This document shows, piece by piece, positions 38,413 to 48,399 of a DNA stretch of 64,000 nucleotides. A program made the translations under genes and the position numbers. The stretch's first letter is position 1. Every line of letters starts with the position of its first letter. The stretch is from a virus (lineage: Duplodnaviria; Caudoviricetes), in the IMG/VR virus record IMGVR_UViG_3300014205_000173. One strand, given 5' to 3'. The notes under the pieces were generated by a model that saw only the letters and a list, made by a program, of their open reading frames with translations, searched no databases and had not been told where the DNA came from.

Positions 38413-41052
38413 TTGAATCCAAAAATATATATAAAAAATATATGGAGCACGGTTGATGGTCTTCCCCACAACTCATATATGAGGTTGTATGACGAATTAT
38501 CTTACGATGTTCCCGGGGCTTGTTTTGCGATAGAAAATGCAAAAAAAATACAAGAACAAGAAGATAGATTTAACTATCTGGCAAATTGGGATGGTAAAAA
38601 ACATCTTTTAAAAAAAGTAAGAAATAAAGAAAATTCAGCAACCTTTTTATCTGGACTAATATCTAGAGTTTATAAAATTTTAGTTGAAGAATTTAATGTT
38701 TTGCCTGAAATTATAGACGAAAGAACCAAGCCAGAAAAAATATTAAATCTTGAATGGAATCCGGAATTTATATTACACAATTACCAGTCTGACGTTGTAA
38801 CCACTTCATTGAGAAAGGGAAGAGGTTTAATCGAAATGTCAACTGGAAGTGGCAAAACGTTAGTTGTTTCTAAGATAATTCAAGAAGTTGGTGTTTGTCC
38901 TTTTATTTTTTATGTTCTAACTAAAGACTTAATGTATCAAGCAAAAGAAAGATTAGAAGAGTATATTAAAGATCTAAAGGTCGGAGTTATAGGAGATGGG
39001 ATTTGCGATATAAAAGAAATTAATATAATGACAATACAAACAGCATATAGGTGTTACGAAAAACCATCAAAGAAAGAAAAAGAAAAATTTTTAGATCTAG
39101 ATGAGTCGGATCTAAAGAAAATAAAAAGCGAAAAACTAGATCATTTAAAAAAGAAAGAATCTATTATAGATTTAATAGAAAGCGCAAAAGGTATATATAT
39201 AGATGAATGTTTAGTTGGAAATACTAAAATTATAAATAGCGATGGTATTCCAATTGAAATTTGTAAAATTAGAAATGGAGAAAATATTTTAGGAGGTTGT
39301 GTTTCTAACTTTTTTTCTAAAAATGTAGATTCTGTTGAAAAAATAATTCATTCTTGTGGAGAATTAACAACTTCTTTAAGACACAAACATCTTTGCATAA
39401 AACATGAAACTTTATCAAATGGACAAAGAAAATTTAGGCTTAAAGATGCAATTGAAAAAGATGTAGAAGAATGTATAGCCTCAAAATTAGAAGTAAATGA
39501 TTTTTTATTAGTTCCAACATCAATTATTCATAATCCTAAAGAAGATAATAAATTAACCTTTAATCAAATGAGATTAATTGGTGCAATAATGGGGGATGGG
39601 CACATTGAGTTATATGGGTATAAGGTTAAAATAAATGTATCAAAAGATTATGAATGGTTTAAAGAAGTTTTCGAAAGTGGTCTTAAGGATTTTGGAATAA
39701 TAAATTATATATCAAAAATAGATTCAATGGGAAATTTATTATTATCTGTATCTGATAAAGTTTTTAATAATTTTCTTGTAAATACAATAGGAATTAATAG
39801 AGGAAAAAAATCAAACACAATAAAAATAAATGAATATTTATGGAATAATCCAATTGAATCTTTACTGGGTCTTGTTGATGGATTGTTTGGATCTGAAGGA
39901 GATGTTTCTAAAAACAGAGTAAATATTCTAAATTCATCTTCATATGAGATGATTTGCGATATTCAATTAATTTTATTGAAATTAAATATAATTTCAAACA
40001 TACAAACAATACCTAGAAAAAGTAAAAAACACAATAATATGTATAGACTTTCCATAACAGGAGACGATATACAAAAAACTAAAAAAATTAATTTATCTAT
40101 GGAAAGAAAATATAATCAAATATTGTCAATAAAAAAGACAAATATTAAAAAAAGAATTGTAACTTACAAAGGTAATAGTTTTTATTTAAGTAAAATAAAA
40201 AAAATAGAAAAAATAGAAAAAATGACGGAAGTTTTCGATTTTACTTGTAATGATCATGTATTTATAGCAAATAATGCACTCACACACAACTGTCACCATA
40301 CCGCTGCAAGCACATGTCAAACGATAGTTAATCATTCTAATAATGCTTATTATATTTTTGGAGGAACTGCAACCCTTGAGAGAGAGGATAATGCCGATTT
40401 AGAAGTTGAGGGTGTTTTTGGAAGGAAAATAGGAGAAATATCAGCCTCTTTCTTAATTGAAAGGGGATTCTTAATTCAGCCAAATATATTTTATATAAAT
40501 TTAAAAGGAAGTAAAAGAAGAGTAAAAAATTATTCAGAAGATTATAAACAGCACATTGTAGATAATGATGAGAGAAATAAGTATATTGTTGAAATAGCAA
40601 GAAATATGGAATCTAAAGAAATTCCAACGTTGATTTTAGTTCAAAGAATAGAACATGGCGAAATGTTAAGAAACAGAATTCCTAACTCTGTTTTCCTTCA
40701 AGGTAAATCAACCAACAGACAAGAGGCTATTAGTGATTTAAAGAACAAAAGATTAAATGTATTAATAGCTACAAGTTTGGCGGATGAAGGATTAGATATT
40801 CAAAGGCTTAAATGTTTGATTTTAGCTGGAGGTGGAAAATCATCTGCTAAATGTAAACAAAGAGTTGGTCGTGTAATAAGAACATGCAAGGCTGAAAACA
40901 AGAAAGATGCTTTTGTTTATGATTTTAATGATATTGGAAGATGGGTTTCAGAACACTCAACTGTAAGAAGAAAAATACTAAAACAAGAACCTAAATTTAT
41001 TGTTTCTAATATAGATAGTTTTGAGATAGTAAAAAAGAAAAATATTTTTTAA
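38413..41052 (+). CDS. SF2 DExH helicase (UvsW/XPB-like) containing an intein
   Basis: YQ, STGSGKT, DE|CHH after splicing, TAT, DEGLDI, QRVGRVIR. Confidence 0.9.
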   Translation: MNPKIYIKNIWSTVDGLPHNSYMRLYDELSYDVPGACFAIENAKKIQEQEDRFNYLANWDGKKHLLKKVRNKENSATFLSGLISRVYKILVEEFNVLPEIIDERTKPEKILNLEWNPEFILHNYQSDVVTTSLRKGRGLIEMSTGSGKTLVVSKIIQEVGVCPFIFYVLTKDLMYQAKERLEEYIKDLKVGVIGDGICDIKEINIMTIQTAYRCYEKPSKKEKEKFLDLDESDLKKIKSEKLDHLKKKESIIDLIESAKGIYIDECLVGNTKIINSDGIPIEICKIRNGENILGGCVSNFFSKNVDSVEKIIHSCGELTTSLRHKHLCIKHETLSNGQRKFRLKDAIEKDVEECIASKLEVNDFLLVPTSIIHNPKEDNKLTFNQMRLIGAIMGDGHIELYGYKVKINVSKDYEWFKEVFESGLKDFGIINYISKIDSMGNLLLSVSDKVFNNFLVNTIGINRGKKSNTIKINEYLWNNPIESLLGLVDGLFGSEGDVSKNRVNILNSSSYEMICDIQLILLKLNIISNIQTIPRKSKKHNNMYRLSITGDDIQKTKKINLSMERKYNQILSIKKTNIKKRIVTYKGNSFYLSKIKKIEKIEKMTEVFDFTCNDHVFIANNALTHNCHHTAASTCQTIVNHSNNAYYIFGGTATLEREDNADLEVEGVFGRKIGEISASFLIERGFLIQPNIFYINLKGSKRRVKNYSEDYKQHIVDNDERNKYIVEIARNMESKEIPTLILVQRIEHGEMLRNRIPNSVFLQGKSTNRQEAISDLKNKRLNVLIATSLADEGLDIQRLKCLILAGGGKSSAKCKQRVGRVIRTCKAENKKDAFVYDFNDIGRWVSEHSTVRRKILKQEPKFIVSNIDSFEIVKKKNIF
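39208..40290 (+). mobile_element. Contiguous intein with LAGLIDADG homing endonuclease (361 aa)
   Basis: Starts CLVGNTKI, ends VFDFTC...ALTHN/C; LIGAIMGDG and LVDGLFGSEG motifs. Confidence 0.92.
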
Positions 41053-41063
41053 AAGAGGGATAT

Positions 41064-41633
41064 ATGTTGGACGAAAAAAAATCAAAAATGTTTTTATTAG
41101 GATGTCTTTATGGGTTTGAGAAGGATAATGAAACTCAATTTTTGGAATTCAATTGCACTAAAATAAACTATCTGATAGACTTAACTGTTCTTTTAAGAAC
41201 ATTAAATATACCATTTCATTTAGAAAAGGAAGGGTTAAGATTGTTGGTTGTAACAGACACTATTAGTAAATTTGACTCTTTTTTAAAAGAAAATTATAAT
41301 ATAGATTATACTTTTCCATTAAAAATAAAATGGCCTGATTTCCTAAAGATTTCATCGAATGAGGTAATACCGTTTGTTGACGGTATTTTTGAAACAGCAG
41401 GTATGTTTAACTCAATGAATAGTGATTTCCCATTTGTGCTGCATCTTCAAAGTGAAAAAATGATTCAGAAAATATCAAGTATAGTTGAGTATCATGGAAT
41501 AGAAAACATCTGGATAAAAAATCCAGTGATAAAATCACTTTGTACACTTCAAATAATGAATGGTAAGAAATTTATCAGTGTATTTTTAAAAACAAATAAG
41601 AATAGTAAATATAGTAATCTTTTTGAAAAATGA
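41064..41633 (+). CDS. Degenerate LAGLIDADG-fold protein
   Basis: FLLGCLYGF and [10 protein letters not shown] motifs, [19 protein letters not shown]; catalytic acidic residues are not conserved. Confidence 0.45.
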   Translation: MLDEKKSKMFLLGCLYGFEKDNETQFLEFNCTKINYLIDLTVLLRTLNIPFHLEKEGLRLLVVTDTISKFDSFLKENYNIDYTFPLKIKWPDFLKISSNEVIPFVDGIFETAGMFNSMNSDFPFVLHLQSEKMIQKISSIVEYHGIENIWIKNPVIKSLCTLQIMNGKKFISVFLKTNKNSKYSNLFEK

Positions 41634-42511
41634 AAAATTATTATGATATTCTTGGAGTTTCGAAAAACGCTTCATCTGAAGAAATAAAAGTAGCATACAG
41701 GGCTTTGGCAAAAAAATATCATCCAGATATTTCTAAGGAAAATAATTCAGACATCTTTAAAGAAATCGCTGAAGCTTATGAAATACTGGGAAATATAAAG
41801 AAAAAAAAGAAATATGATCTTAAAACAGACGCTAATGTAGATCCAATTTTTAATGAAGTTTTTTCTACAATTTTTTCAAATATAAAAAAAGATCCGTATG
41901 AAGATTTAGTAATAGTAAAAGAAATTATTATTCCAGTTACCAAGTTATTTTCAGGAACAAAAGAAACGATTTCATATACAAGAAAAATATTGGATTCAAA
42001 TAGAAAGGAAATAACTGTAACTACAGTTAAAGAAATTGAAATCAAAAAGGGTTCTCAATCTTCAGACTTAAAAATTTATATAAAAAACGGAGGACATGAA
42101 AGTAAAAAATTTAAAGGCATTTTCGGAAACTTACAAGTAATCGTAAGAGTTATGGACATTCCACCACTATATATGAGATACGGAAACGATATAGTTTCAG
42201 ACATATTTATTCCTTTAAATTTATCCTTAGTTGGTGAAACTATCGAACTTCCAACATTACATGGAATTAAGGATGTATTTATTTCACCTAAAAATTGTTT
42301 TTTTGAAAAAACCCCACTTGTACTAAAGGGATATGGATTACAAAAAGGAATTGATTCAAAAGAATTCGGAGATCATCTATTTAAGATATCAATAGAAATT
42401 CCAAAAACATTAACAGAAGATCAAATTAACTTTTTTAAAAAAATGCCAATAGAAGAAAATGTTTATCCAGAATATAGTAGGCTAAGAAAATTTATAATGA
42501 AGGCTAAATAA
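41630..42511 (+). CDS. DnaJ-class co-chaperone (no Zn finger)
   Basis: [21 protein letters not shown]; C-terminal GNLQV, RYGNDI, PTLHG, GDHL. Confidence 0.88.
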   Translation: MKNYYDILGVSKNASSEEIKVAYRALAKKYHPDISKENNSDIFKEIAEAYEILGNIKKKKKYDLKTDANVDPIFNEVFSTIFSNIKKDPYEDLVIVKEIIIPVTKLFSGTKETISYTRKILDSNRKEITVTTVKEIEIKKGSQSSDLKIYIKNGGHESKKFKGIFGNLQVIVRVMDIPPLYMRYGNDIVSDIFIPLNLSLVGETIELPTLHGIKDVFISPKNCFFEKTPLVLKGYGLQKGIDSKEFGDHLFKISIEIPKTLTEDQINFFKKMPIEENVYPEYSRLRKFIMKAK

Positions 42512-43843
42512 ATGTCAAAACTAAATAAAGAACAAATGGTAGAGTTTTATAATGAAATAGAATTGGAAATTAAAAAAACAAAAGATCATGCATTATCAAA
42601 TGATGTCTTTAGAAATGTAGGAAAGAAATTTCAAATTTCTCCTAACGCAGCATACAAACTATTTAATGAAATTGATTGGGAAACACTTTTAAACTCTGAA
42701 AACAATATAAATAATGAAACAAAAATTAAGGTTGAAGATTTACTTTCCGAAAAGAAAGATAAGACGCTACAAATACATGAGCTAAGAAAGCAAAATGAAT
42801 TTTTAGAAAAGCTTGCAAAAGAAGAAATTATAATAGAAAAAATAATTTCATCAATTTCGGCAGTGCCAAAAATAAATATAAGGGATATTAAATATCCAGA
42901 AAAAAATAAATTTTTAACACGACCACAAGAAGCTGTTTTGTGCTTGTCTGACCTTCACATAGGATTGGCCGTAAAGCCTGATGAAGTTGGGAACCTTGGC
43001 AATTACAATATAGATATCTTCAAAAAAAGATTAGATAATTTAGTTAAAAAAGTAACGGCAATAACAGAACACCATAGATGCACTTCAAAATTAGATACAT
43101 TACACATTTTTTCACTTGGTGATATTGTGCATGGAAGTAATGATGCTGGGCAATGGGGGTTTTTACATACAGAAGCAAATGTTATGGAACAAATTTTTAT
43201 AGCACTTTCAGAATTACAAAAAGCTATTTTAACATTAAATCAAGTTTATCCAAATATAAAAATATATGGAATTTTTGGAAACCATGGAAGGTGCGCCAGA
43301 AAGGATAAAGAAAAAAGATATGTAAACTGGGATTATCTCGTTCATCATATGCTTAAAACTGGATTGTCACAGCAAAAAAATATAGAATTTAATATTCCAA
43401 GATCTCCTTTTCTAGTCACTGAAATATTAGGGAATAAATTTCTCCTAACACATGGAGATCAAGTTAAAGGATGGAACGGACTTCCTTTTTATGGAATGGT
43501 TAGATCTGAAAGTAGATTTAGAACAATATTGGAAAGAACAAAAAATATAAATGAGCTTTGGCAACTAGCAGAAAGCGAAGGAATTGAAGACAAGGAGGAG
43601 CTATTTAAGTTTGCTCTAACATATGCGAAATCATTTGACTATTTAGTTTTGGGACATTTTCATAGCATGGCAGAAATGGAAACTAATAGTGGTGGTAGAA
43701 TAATATTGAATTCTTCATTTGCTGGTGGGGATGATTATAGTATAAATACATTGATGTCAGCCAATTCTGCTGCACAAAAATTTTTCGGGGTTCATGTTGA
43801 AGGAAAATCATGGACTTACGACATACAACTAGACAGAAATTAA
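42512..43843 (+). CDS. Calcineurin-like metallophosphoesterase
   Basis: LSDLHIG, LGDIVHG, GNHGR, THGD, GHFH. Confidence 0.85.
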   Translation: MSKLNKEQMVEFYNEIELEIKKTKDHALSNDVFRNVGKKFQISPNAAYKLFNEIDWETLLNSENNINNETKIKVEDLLSEKKDKTLQIHELRKQNEFLEKLAKEEIIIEKIISSISAVPKINIRDIKYPEKNKFLTRPQEAVLCLSDLHIGLAVKPDEVGNLGNYNIDIFKKRLDNLVKKVTAITEHHRCTSKLDTLHIFSLGDIVHGSNDAGQWGFLHTEANVMEQIFIALSELQKAILTLNQVYPNIKIYGIFGNHGRCARKDKEKRYVNWDYLVHHMLKTGLSQQKNIEFNIPRSPFLVTEILGNKFLLTHGDQVKGWNGLPFYGMVRSESRFRTILERTKNINELWQLAESEGIEDKEELFKFALTYAKSFDYLVLGHFHSMAEMETNSGGRIILNSSFAGGDDYSINTLMSANSAAQKFFGVHVEGKSWTYDIQLDRN

Positions 43844-43862
43844 ATATAAAAGGAAAAGGAAT

Positions 43863-44543
43863 ATGAATATGAATACAGAAAATGCAAAAGATCTTAGACA
43901 AGAATATTTAACTATTATTAATAGTTTTGAAAATACAAAGTGTATTATAGACTGCCAAATTGAACAGTTTAAAAGAAAGATAAAGGAAATTGAAGAAGAG
44001 AAAAGCAAGGGTGTTTATGTTAGAAATAATTCAGAAAGTGTTATTTTTGTTGGCGAAACAAAAATTGAAAAATATATGTTAAAAAAAGAATTATTAACCA
44101 AAGTTTCAGAAAGTGACTTAATTAATCTGTATAATGAAAACAGAATTACAGATATAACAAAAGAAGAAATGGATGCAGAAAAGGCAAAAAAAGCATTGGA
44201 TCTTTTGAAATCATCACATCTTGCAGTTCCAGTAAACGTTTATGGAGTGAAAGATATTAGAGATATTAGAGATATTGTTGAAAAAAAATATCCACCATCA
44301 ATTGATGTGGGTACAGGTTCTGGTGGTGGTGTGTTTGATGATATAAAAAAAGAAAATGAAAATGAAACTTTAACTTTTATAGATATTGAAAACGTTAAAA
44401 AAGCCTTAAATGAAAGTGCTAAAAATGAAACATTAAAAGATTCTGACAAAATACCAGTTAACAAATTTCGAAAATTAAAAAGACCTAAAAGTAACTCCAT
44501 TAAAAGTAACACTTTTAAGAAATCTTTAAAACGAGCAAAATAA
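43863..44543 (+). CDS. Hypothetical protein
   Basis: 226 aa, basic C-terminus. Confidence 0.5.
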   Translation: MNMNTENAKDLRQEYLTIINSFENTKCIIDCQIEQFKRKIKEIEEEKSKGVYVRNNSESVIFVGETKIEKYMLKKELLTKVSESDLINLYNENRITDITKEEMDAEKAKKALDLLKSSHLAVPVNVYGVKDIRDIRDIVEKKYPPSIDVGTGSGGGVFDDIKKENENETLTFIDIENVKKALNESAKNETLKDSDKIPVNKFRKLKRPKSNSIKSNTFKKSLKRAK

Positions 44544-44561
44544 ATAATATAGAGAAATCTT

Positions 44562-44966
44562 ATGCCAACATATACATATGAAATTATTGATAGTGAAGGA
44601 AAATCAACAGAAGTTTTTATCGAGAGGGTTCAGTCAATAAAAGACAATTCTCTTACAGAAATATTAGATGAAAAAACAGGTGTTGTTTCTAAGGTAAGAA
44701 GAGTCATAACTGGTGGTTGTGGGACAATATTTAAAGGTGGAGGCTGGACAGTTAGTGCTGGAAGCAGAGGTTATCAGGGTAAATATAAAGACAAATTAAG
44801 ACCAGTTGGAACTCCTGTTGATGCACCAACAAATAAGTCGGAAGCAGATAGGCAGTTTGATAAATGGATTTCTAGCGGAGGGCTAGATGGTATAGAGCCC
44901 TCTATGAAATTTGGAACACAAACAACAGAACAACAATTAGATAAAAAATATAATCCATATAAATAA
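44562..44966 (+). CDS. FmdB-family protein lacking zinc-ribbon cysteines
   Basis: MPTYTYE...ERVQSIKD...VRRVI...IFKGGGW. Confidence 0.7.
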   Translation: MPTYTYEIIDSEGKSTEVFIERVQSIKDNSLTEILDEKTGVVSKVRRVITGGCGTIFKGGGWTVSAGSRGYQGKYKDKLRPVGTPVDAPTNKSEADRQFDKWISSGGLDGIEPSMKFGTQTTEQQLDKKYNPYK

Positions 44967-44979
44967 CTTATTATAAAAT

Positions 44980-45855
44980 ATGCTAAGATATCCTGGTGGA
45001 AAAGATAAATTAAAAGGTTACTTAATAGATCCAATTTCTTGTTTTTTTAAAAATCAAAAAAACTCTCTTGACTACGAATACAGAGAGCCTTTTTTTGGTG
45101 GTGGTGCAATTGGTTTAGATTTATTAAAAAAAGATTTATTTAAAAACATATGGATCAATGACAAGGATTATAGTCTATCTTGTCTTTGGTCATCTGTAAT
45201 AAATAATCCAAACGACCTTATAGATAAAATTTACGATTATACGCCATCTCCAGAAAACTTTAATAAAACAAAAAAGTATTTAATACAAGAAAATTTTGAA
45301 AATGAAAGTTCGGTATCTATTGGAGCAAAAAAACTAATAGTTCACAAAACATCATTTTCAGGATTAGGTACAATGTCTGGTCCGCTTGGTGGTAATGAAC
45401 AAAAGGGTAAATATAAGAATGATGCTAGATGGAACTTAAAAAGTTTAACTGAAAGCATTTTGTCTTTAAATTCTTATTTTAAAACTAAAAATATAAGAAA
45501 TAATTCATGTACAAATTTAGATTGCATGGAAGTTTTAAGTCATAGTGGAAACTGGTTTGCTTATTTAGATCCACCGTACTATGAGATGGGGGATATTTTA
45601 TACCCAGTAAAATTTTCCCCAAAACAACATCAAGACCTTTCTGAGTTTTTAAAGAAAAGTGATCAGTATTGGATTTTAAGTTATGATAATTCTCCAGAAA
45701 TAAAAAGACTTTATTCTTGGGCAAATATAAAAGAAGTAGAAGTAAACTATTCTATTACAGAATATAAGAAAAAAACAGAGTTGTTGATATATCCAAATAA
45801 CACACAATTTATTTTTGATTTAAGTGAAAAATTTAAAACAAGAGAAATATTTTAA
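44980..45855 (+). CDS. Dam-family DNA adenine methyltransferase
   Basis: RYPGGK, EPFFGGG, INDKD, YLDPPYY, LSYD. Confidence 0.9.
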   Translation: MLRYPGGKDKLKGYLIDPISCFFKNQKNSLDYEYREPFFGGGAIGLDLLKKDLFKNIWINDKDYSLSCLWSSVINNPNDLIDKIYDYTPSPENFNKTKKYLIQENFENESSVSIGAKKLIVHKTSFSGLGTMSGPLGGNEQKGKYKNDARWNLKSLTESILSLNSYFKTKNIRNNSCTNLDCMEVLSHSGNWFAYLDPPYYEMGDILYPVKFSPKQHQDLSEFLKKSDQYWILSYDNSPEIKRLYSWANIKEVEVNYSITEYKKKTELLIYPNNTQFIFDLSEKFKTREIF

Positions 45856-46655
45856 TGAATATAAGACACGAATTTTATAAACTAGATATAGAAACTAAAA
45901 ATTCAAAATATAAAAAAATAAACAGAAAACTAAAAGGTTTATATGGGCAATTGCCAGCCAGCAAGTGTCTTTTTTGTCCGGGAAAATGTAGCGTAGAAGC
46001 TGATTGTTGTAAAGTTTTTTCTCCTCCAATGTTACTCGTTGAATTTTTAAACGCCATAGAAACAATAAACGAGTGGGATAAAGAAAAGCAAAGAACACTT
46101 TTGTTTAGTTGCTTGGATTCGTTTATTATAATAGAATCTGTAAAACCATGTATTTTGTTGGAAAAAAATCTATGTTCCATTTATGGAGCAAGACCGTTAT
46201 CTTGTAGATTGTTTTCTATGTATCCTGATGAAGAATGGGAAAAAAGATTAAATATAATATCAAAAGATTCTAATGTAAACAAAGAAGATTTGCCTTTTTT
46301 CAAACAATGTAGAAATGTAGAAATAGATGGGAATGAAAAAACAGTACCAACAAAAAAATCAGATGCTATTTTTAAAAAACTTTACAAACTTGATATTGAA
46401 CTTTTTCAAAATAAAGAAATTGGAACAAAAATTGTATTAAATGATTCTTCTACATATATGCCATTCGAAGCACACTATATATGTTACAAACTAGGAGCAC
46501 ATATAATTCAAGTATTAACTGATATGAAATTAATGATAAGAAAACTAAAAGAAAATAAAGAAAGCGGGTCATTAGAGTACATAAAACTAGAAAAAAACTT
46601 GAAGGAGTTTGTTGGGGTCCTAAAGAATTCTTTGGTGTTGAATAATGTTTTATAG
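45855..46655 (+). CDS. YkgJ-family (CxxCxxCC) cysteine-cluster protein
   Basis: CLFCPGKC...CC, PCILL...CSIYGARPLSCRLF. Confidence 0.8.
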   Translation: MNIRHEFYKLDIETKNSKYKKINRKLKGLYGQLPASKCLFCPGKCSVEADCCKVFSPPMLLVEFLNAIETINEWDKEKQRTLLFSCLDSFIIIESVKPCILLEKNLCSIYGARPLSCRLFSMYPDEEWEKRLNIISKDSNVNKEDLPFFKQCRNVEIDGNEKTVPTKKSDAIFKKLYKLDIELFQNKEIGTKIVLNDSSTYMPFEAHYICYKLGAHIIQVLTDMKLMIRKLKENKESGSLEYIKLEKNLKEFVGVLKNSLVLNNVL

Positions 46656-46663
46656 GTTAAGAA

Positions 46664-46954
46664 ATGTCAAAAATTCCGAAAACAACACAAATGAAAACAG
46701 TAGATATAGTTTCTGCCATTGTAGATCCAAATTCTTTAGGTATTAATATAAGAACAAAAAACTCAAATGGGGAAATTGAAGGATATTTTGTTCCAACAGA
46801 AGTTTGGGGAAGAATTCCTCCAAATAAAAATGCGGCCCAAGAACTTGAGAAAATTGCTCGTATCCTCAATGGATACAAGGAAGACTCTAATGGTGAATGG
46901 GTTCCTGTTGAAAATTTCAAATCTAGAAAAATAAATATAGAAACAGAATCTTAA
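46664..46954 (+). CDS. Hypothetical protein
   Basis: 96 aa, co-oriented, followed by a terminator. Confidence 0.55.
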   Translation: MSKIPKTTQMKTVDIVSAIVDPNSLGINIRTKNSNGEIEGYFVPTEVWGRIPPNKNAAQELEKIARILNGYKEDSNGEWVPVENFKSRKINIETES

Positions 46955-46961
46955 ACAAAGC

Positions 46962-46991
46962 ATACAAGAAATTTAAATCTTGTATTTTTTT
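46962..46991 (+). terminator. Intrinsic terminator upstream of nrdJ
   Basis: ATACAAGA-AATTTAAA-TCTTGTAT plus T run. Confidence 0.6.
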
Positions 46992-47009
46992 ATTTTTTGG
47001 AGAAAGTAA

Positions 47010-48332
47010 ATGAAAAGTTTTTTAAACACAAAATACGAAGAAGTTAAAGATATAACAGATGAAGATTATTTTAATAACAATAAATTTTCAATTGACGCAG
47101 TTAAGAAAAAATATATATTAACTCAAGATGAAACATACATAAAAGCTTTAAAAAGAGTTTGTGATTATGTTGCGTCGGTAGAAGAAACTGAAGAACAAAA
47201 AAAATATTGGTCGGAAAGATGGTTTAGCGAAATTTATAATGATTGGTGGCAACCAGCAGGCTCTATTATGCAAGGAGCTGGTTCTGGAAAAAACGTATCT
47301 CTTTCAAATTGCACTACAATCTCTATGGGAAATATTTCAGAAAATGAAGAGTGGGACAATTTAGAGTCAATAATAAAAAACACAGCATATACCGTTGCGA
47401 AAACTGCCGCCTTTCGACAAGGACTTGGCGTTGATTTTTCAAGGCTAAGACCGAGACAATCTAAAATAGAAAATTCATCAAATGAAAGCCTCGGGGTAGC
47501 TCATTGGATGAAGTTTGTAGACTCTATTGGAAATTTTGTAGGGCAAAAAGGAAGAGTACCCGCAATGCTTTTTTCTTTAATATGCACACATCCAGATATT
47601 GAAGAATTTATTTGTCTTAAATCTGACAGGACCAAGGTTCAAAATGCAAATATTTCTGTTCAGTGTACTAATAAATTTTATGAAGCCTGTATTGCAAATG
47701 AAGATATAGAATTGTCTTTTAATATTCCTGAAGTAAAAAAAGGACAGAAGGTTTATATAGATGTCCATAGCACAGATTTATCATCATTGAAAGACGAAAA
47801 TGGACACTATTATATAGCAAGGAAAAACAGAAAAGAAGAAAATATAAAAAAAACAATAAGTGCAAGATATTTGCTTGAATTAATTTCAAAAAACATGACA
47901 AAACATGCTGAACCCGGAATACAAAATATTGATATTGCAAGAAAATATTCAAATTCAGATTGGGTTTATGATGAGAACGATGTTTATAATTCTAAAATAC
48001 AGTCTTCAAATGCATGTTGTGTTGTTGGTGAAACAAAAATAATGACAAGTATTGGGTGGATAAAAATAGAAGATATATATAAAAACAAAATGTATGAAAA
48101 AAATATTTTAGTAATGAGTTATAATATTAAAGACAAGAAGTATGAACTTAAACCTCTTTTAAATTCATGGCAATCAAGAAATGACAAAACTGTTGAATTA
48201 GAAATTGAGGAAGATGGTATGGTTTATAGAATTGAGTGCTCTTCTGATCATAAAATATTCACAAAAAATAGAGGATACATAGAAGCCGCAAGCTTATCAG
48301 AAGATGATGATATAATGATTTTTAAAAAATAG
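47010..48332 (+). CDS. nrdJ: Class II ribonucleotide reductase fragment 1 (aa 1-336) + split intein 1 N-half
   Basis: PAGSI, SLSNC, GLGVDFSRLRP, HPDIEEFI, NANISV, AEPG, SSNAC, then intein CVVGETKI...CSSDHKIFTKNRGY...EDDDI (48018-48329). Confidence 0.92.
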   Translation: MKSFLNTKYEEVKDITDEDYFNNNKFSIDAVKKKYILTQDETYIKALKRVCDYVASVEETEEQKKYWSERWFSEIYNDWWQPAGSIMQGAGSGKNVSLSNCTTISMGNISENEEWDNLESIIKNTAYTVAKTAAFRQGLGVDFSRLRPRQSKIENSSNESLGVAHWMKFVDSIGNFVGQKGRVPAMLFSLICTHPDIEEFICLKSDRTKVQNANISVQCTNKFYEACIANEDIELSFNIPEVKKGQKVYIDVHSTDLSSLKDENGHYYIARKNRKEENIKKTISARYLLELISKNMTKHAEPGIQNIDIARKYSNSDWVYDENDVYNSKIQSSNACCVVGETKIMTSIGWIKIEDIYKNKMYEKNILVMSYNIKDKKYELKPLLNSWQSRNDKTVELEIEEDGMVYRIECSSDHKIFTKNRGYIEAASLSEDDDIMIFKK

Positions 48333-48399
48333 AGTGTTGCTATTGATTTTTTTTAGAAATTAACAAAATGACCTATTAATTTCTTATTGAGGTTTTATT

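Noticed and set aside
44252-44276. AGATATTAG tandem repeat
   Set aside because: Under three copies, in frame (DIRDIRDI); ordinary coding microrepeat.
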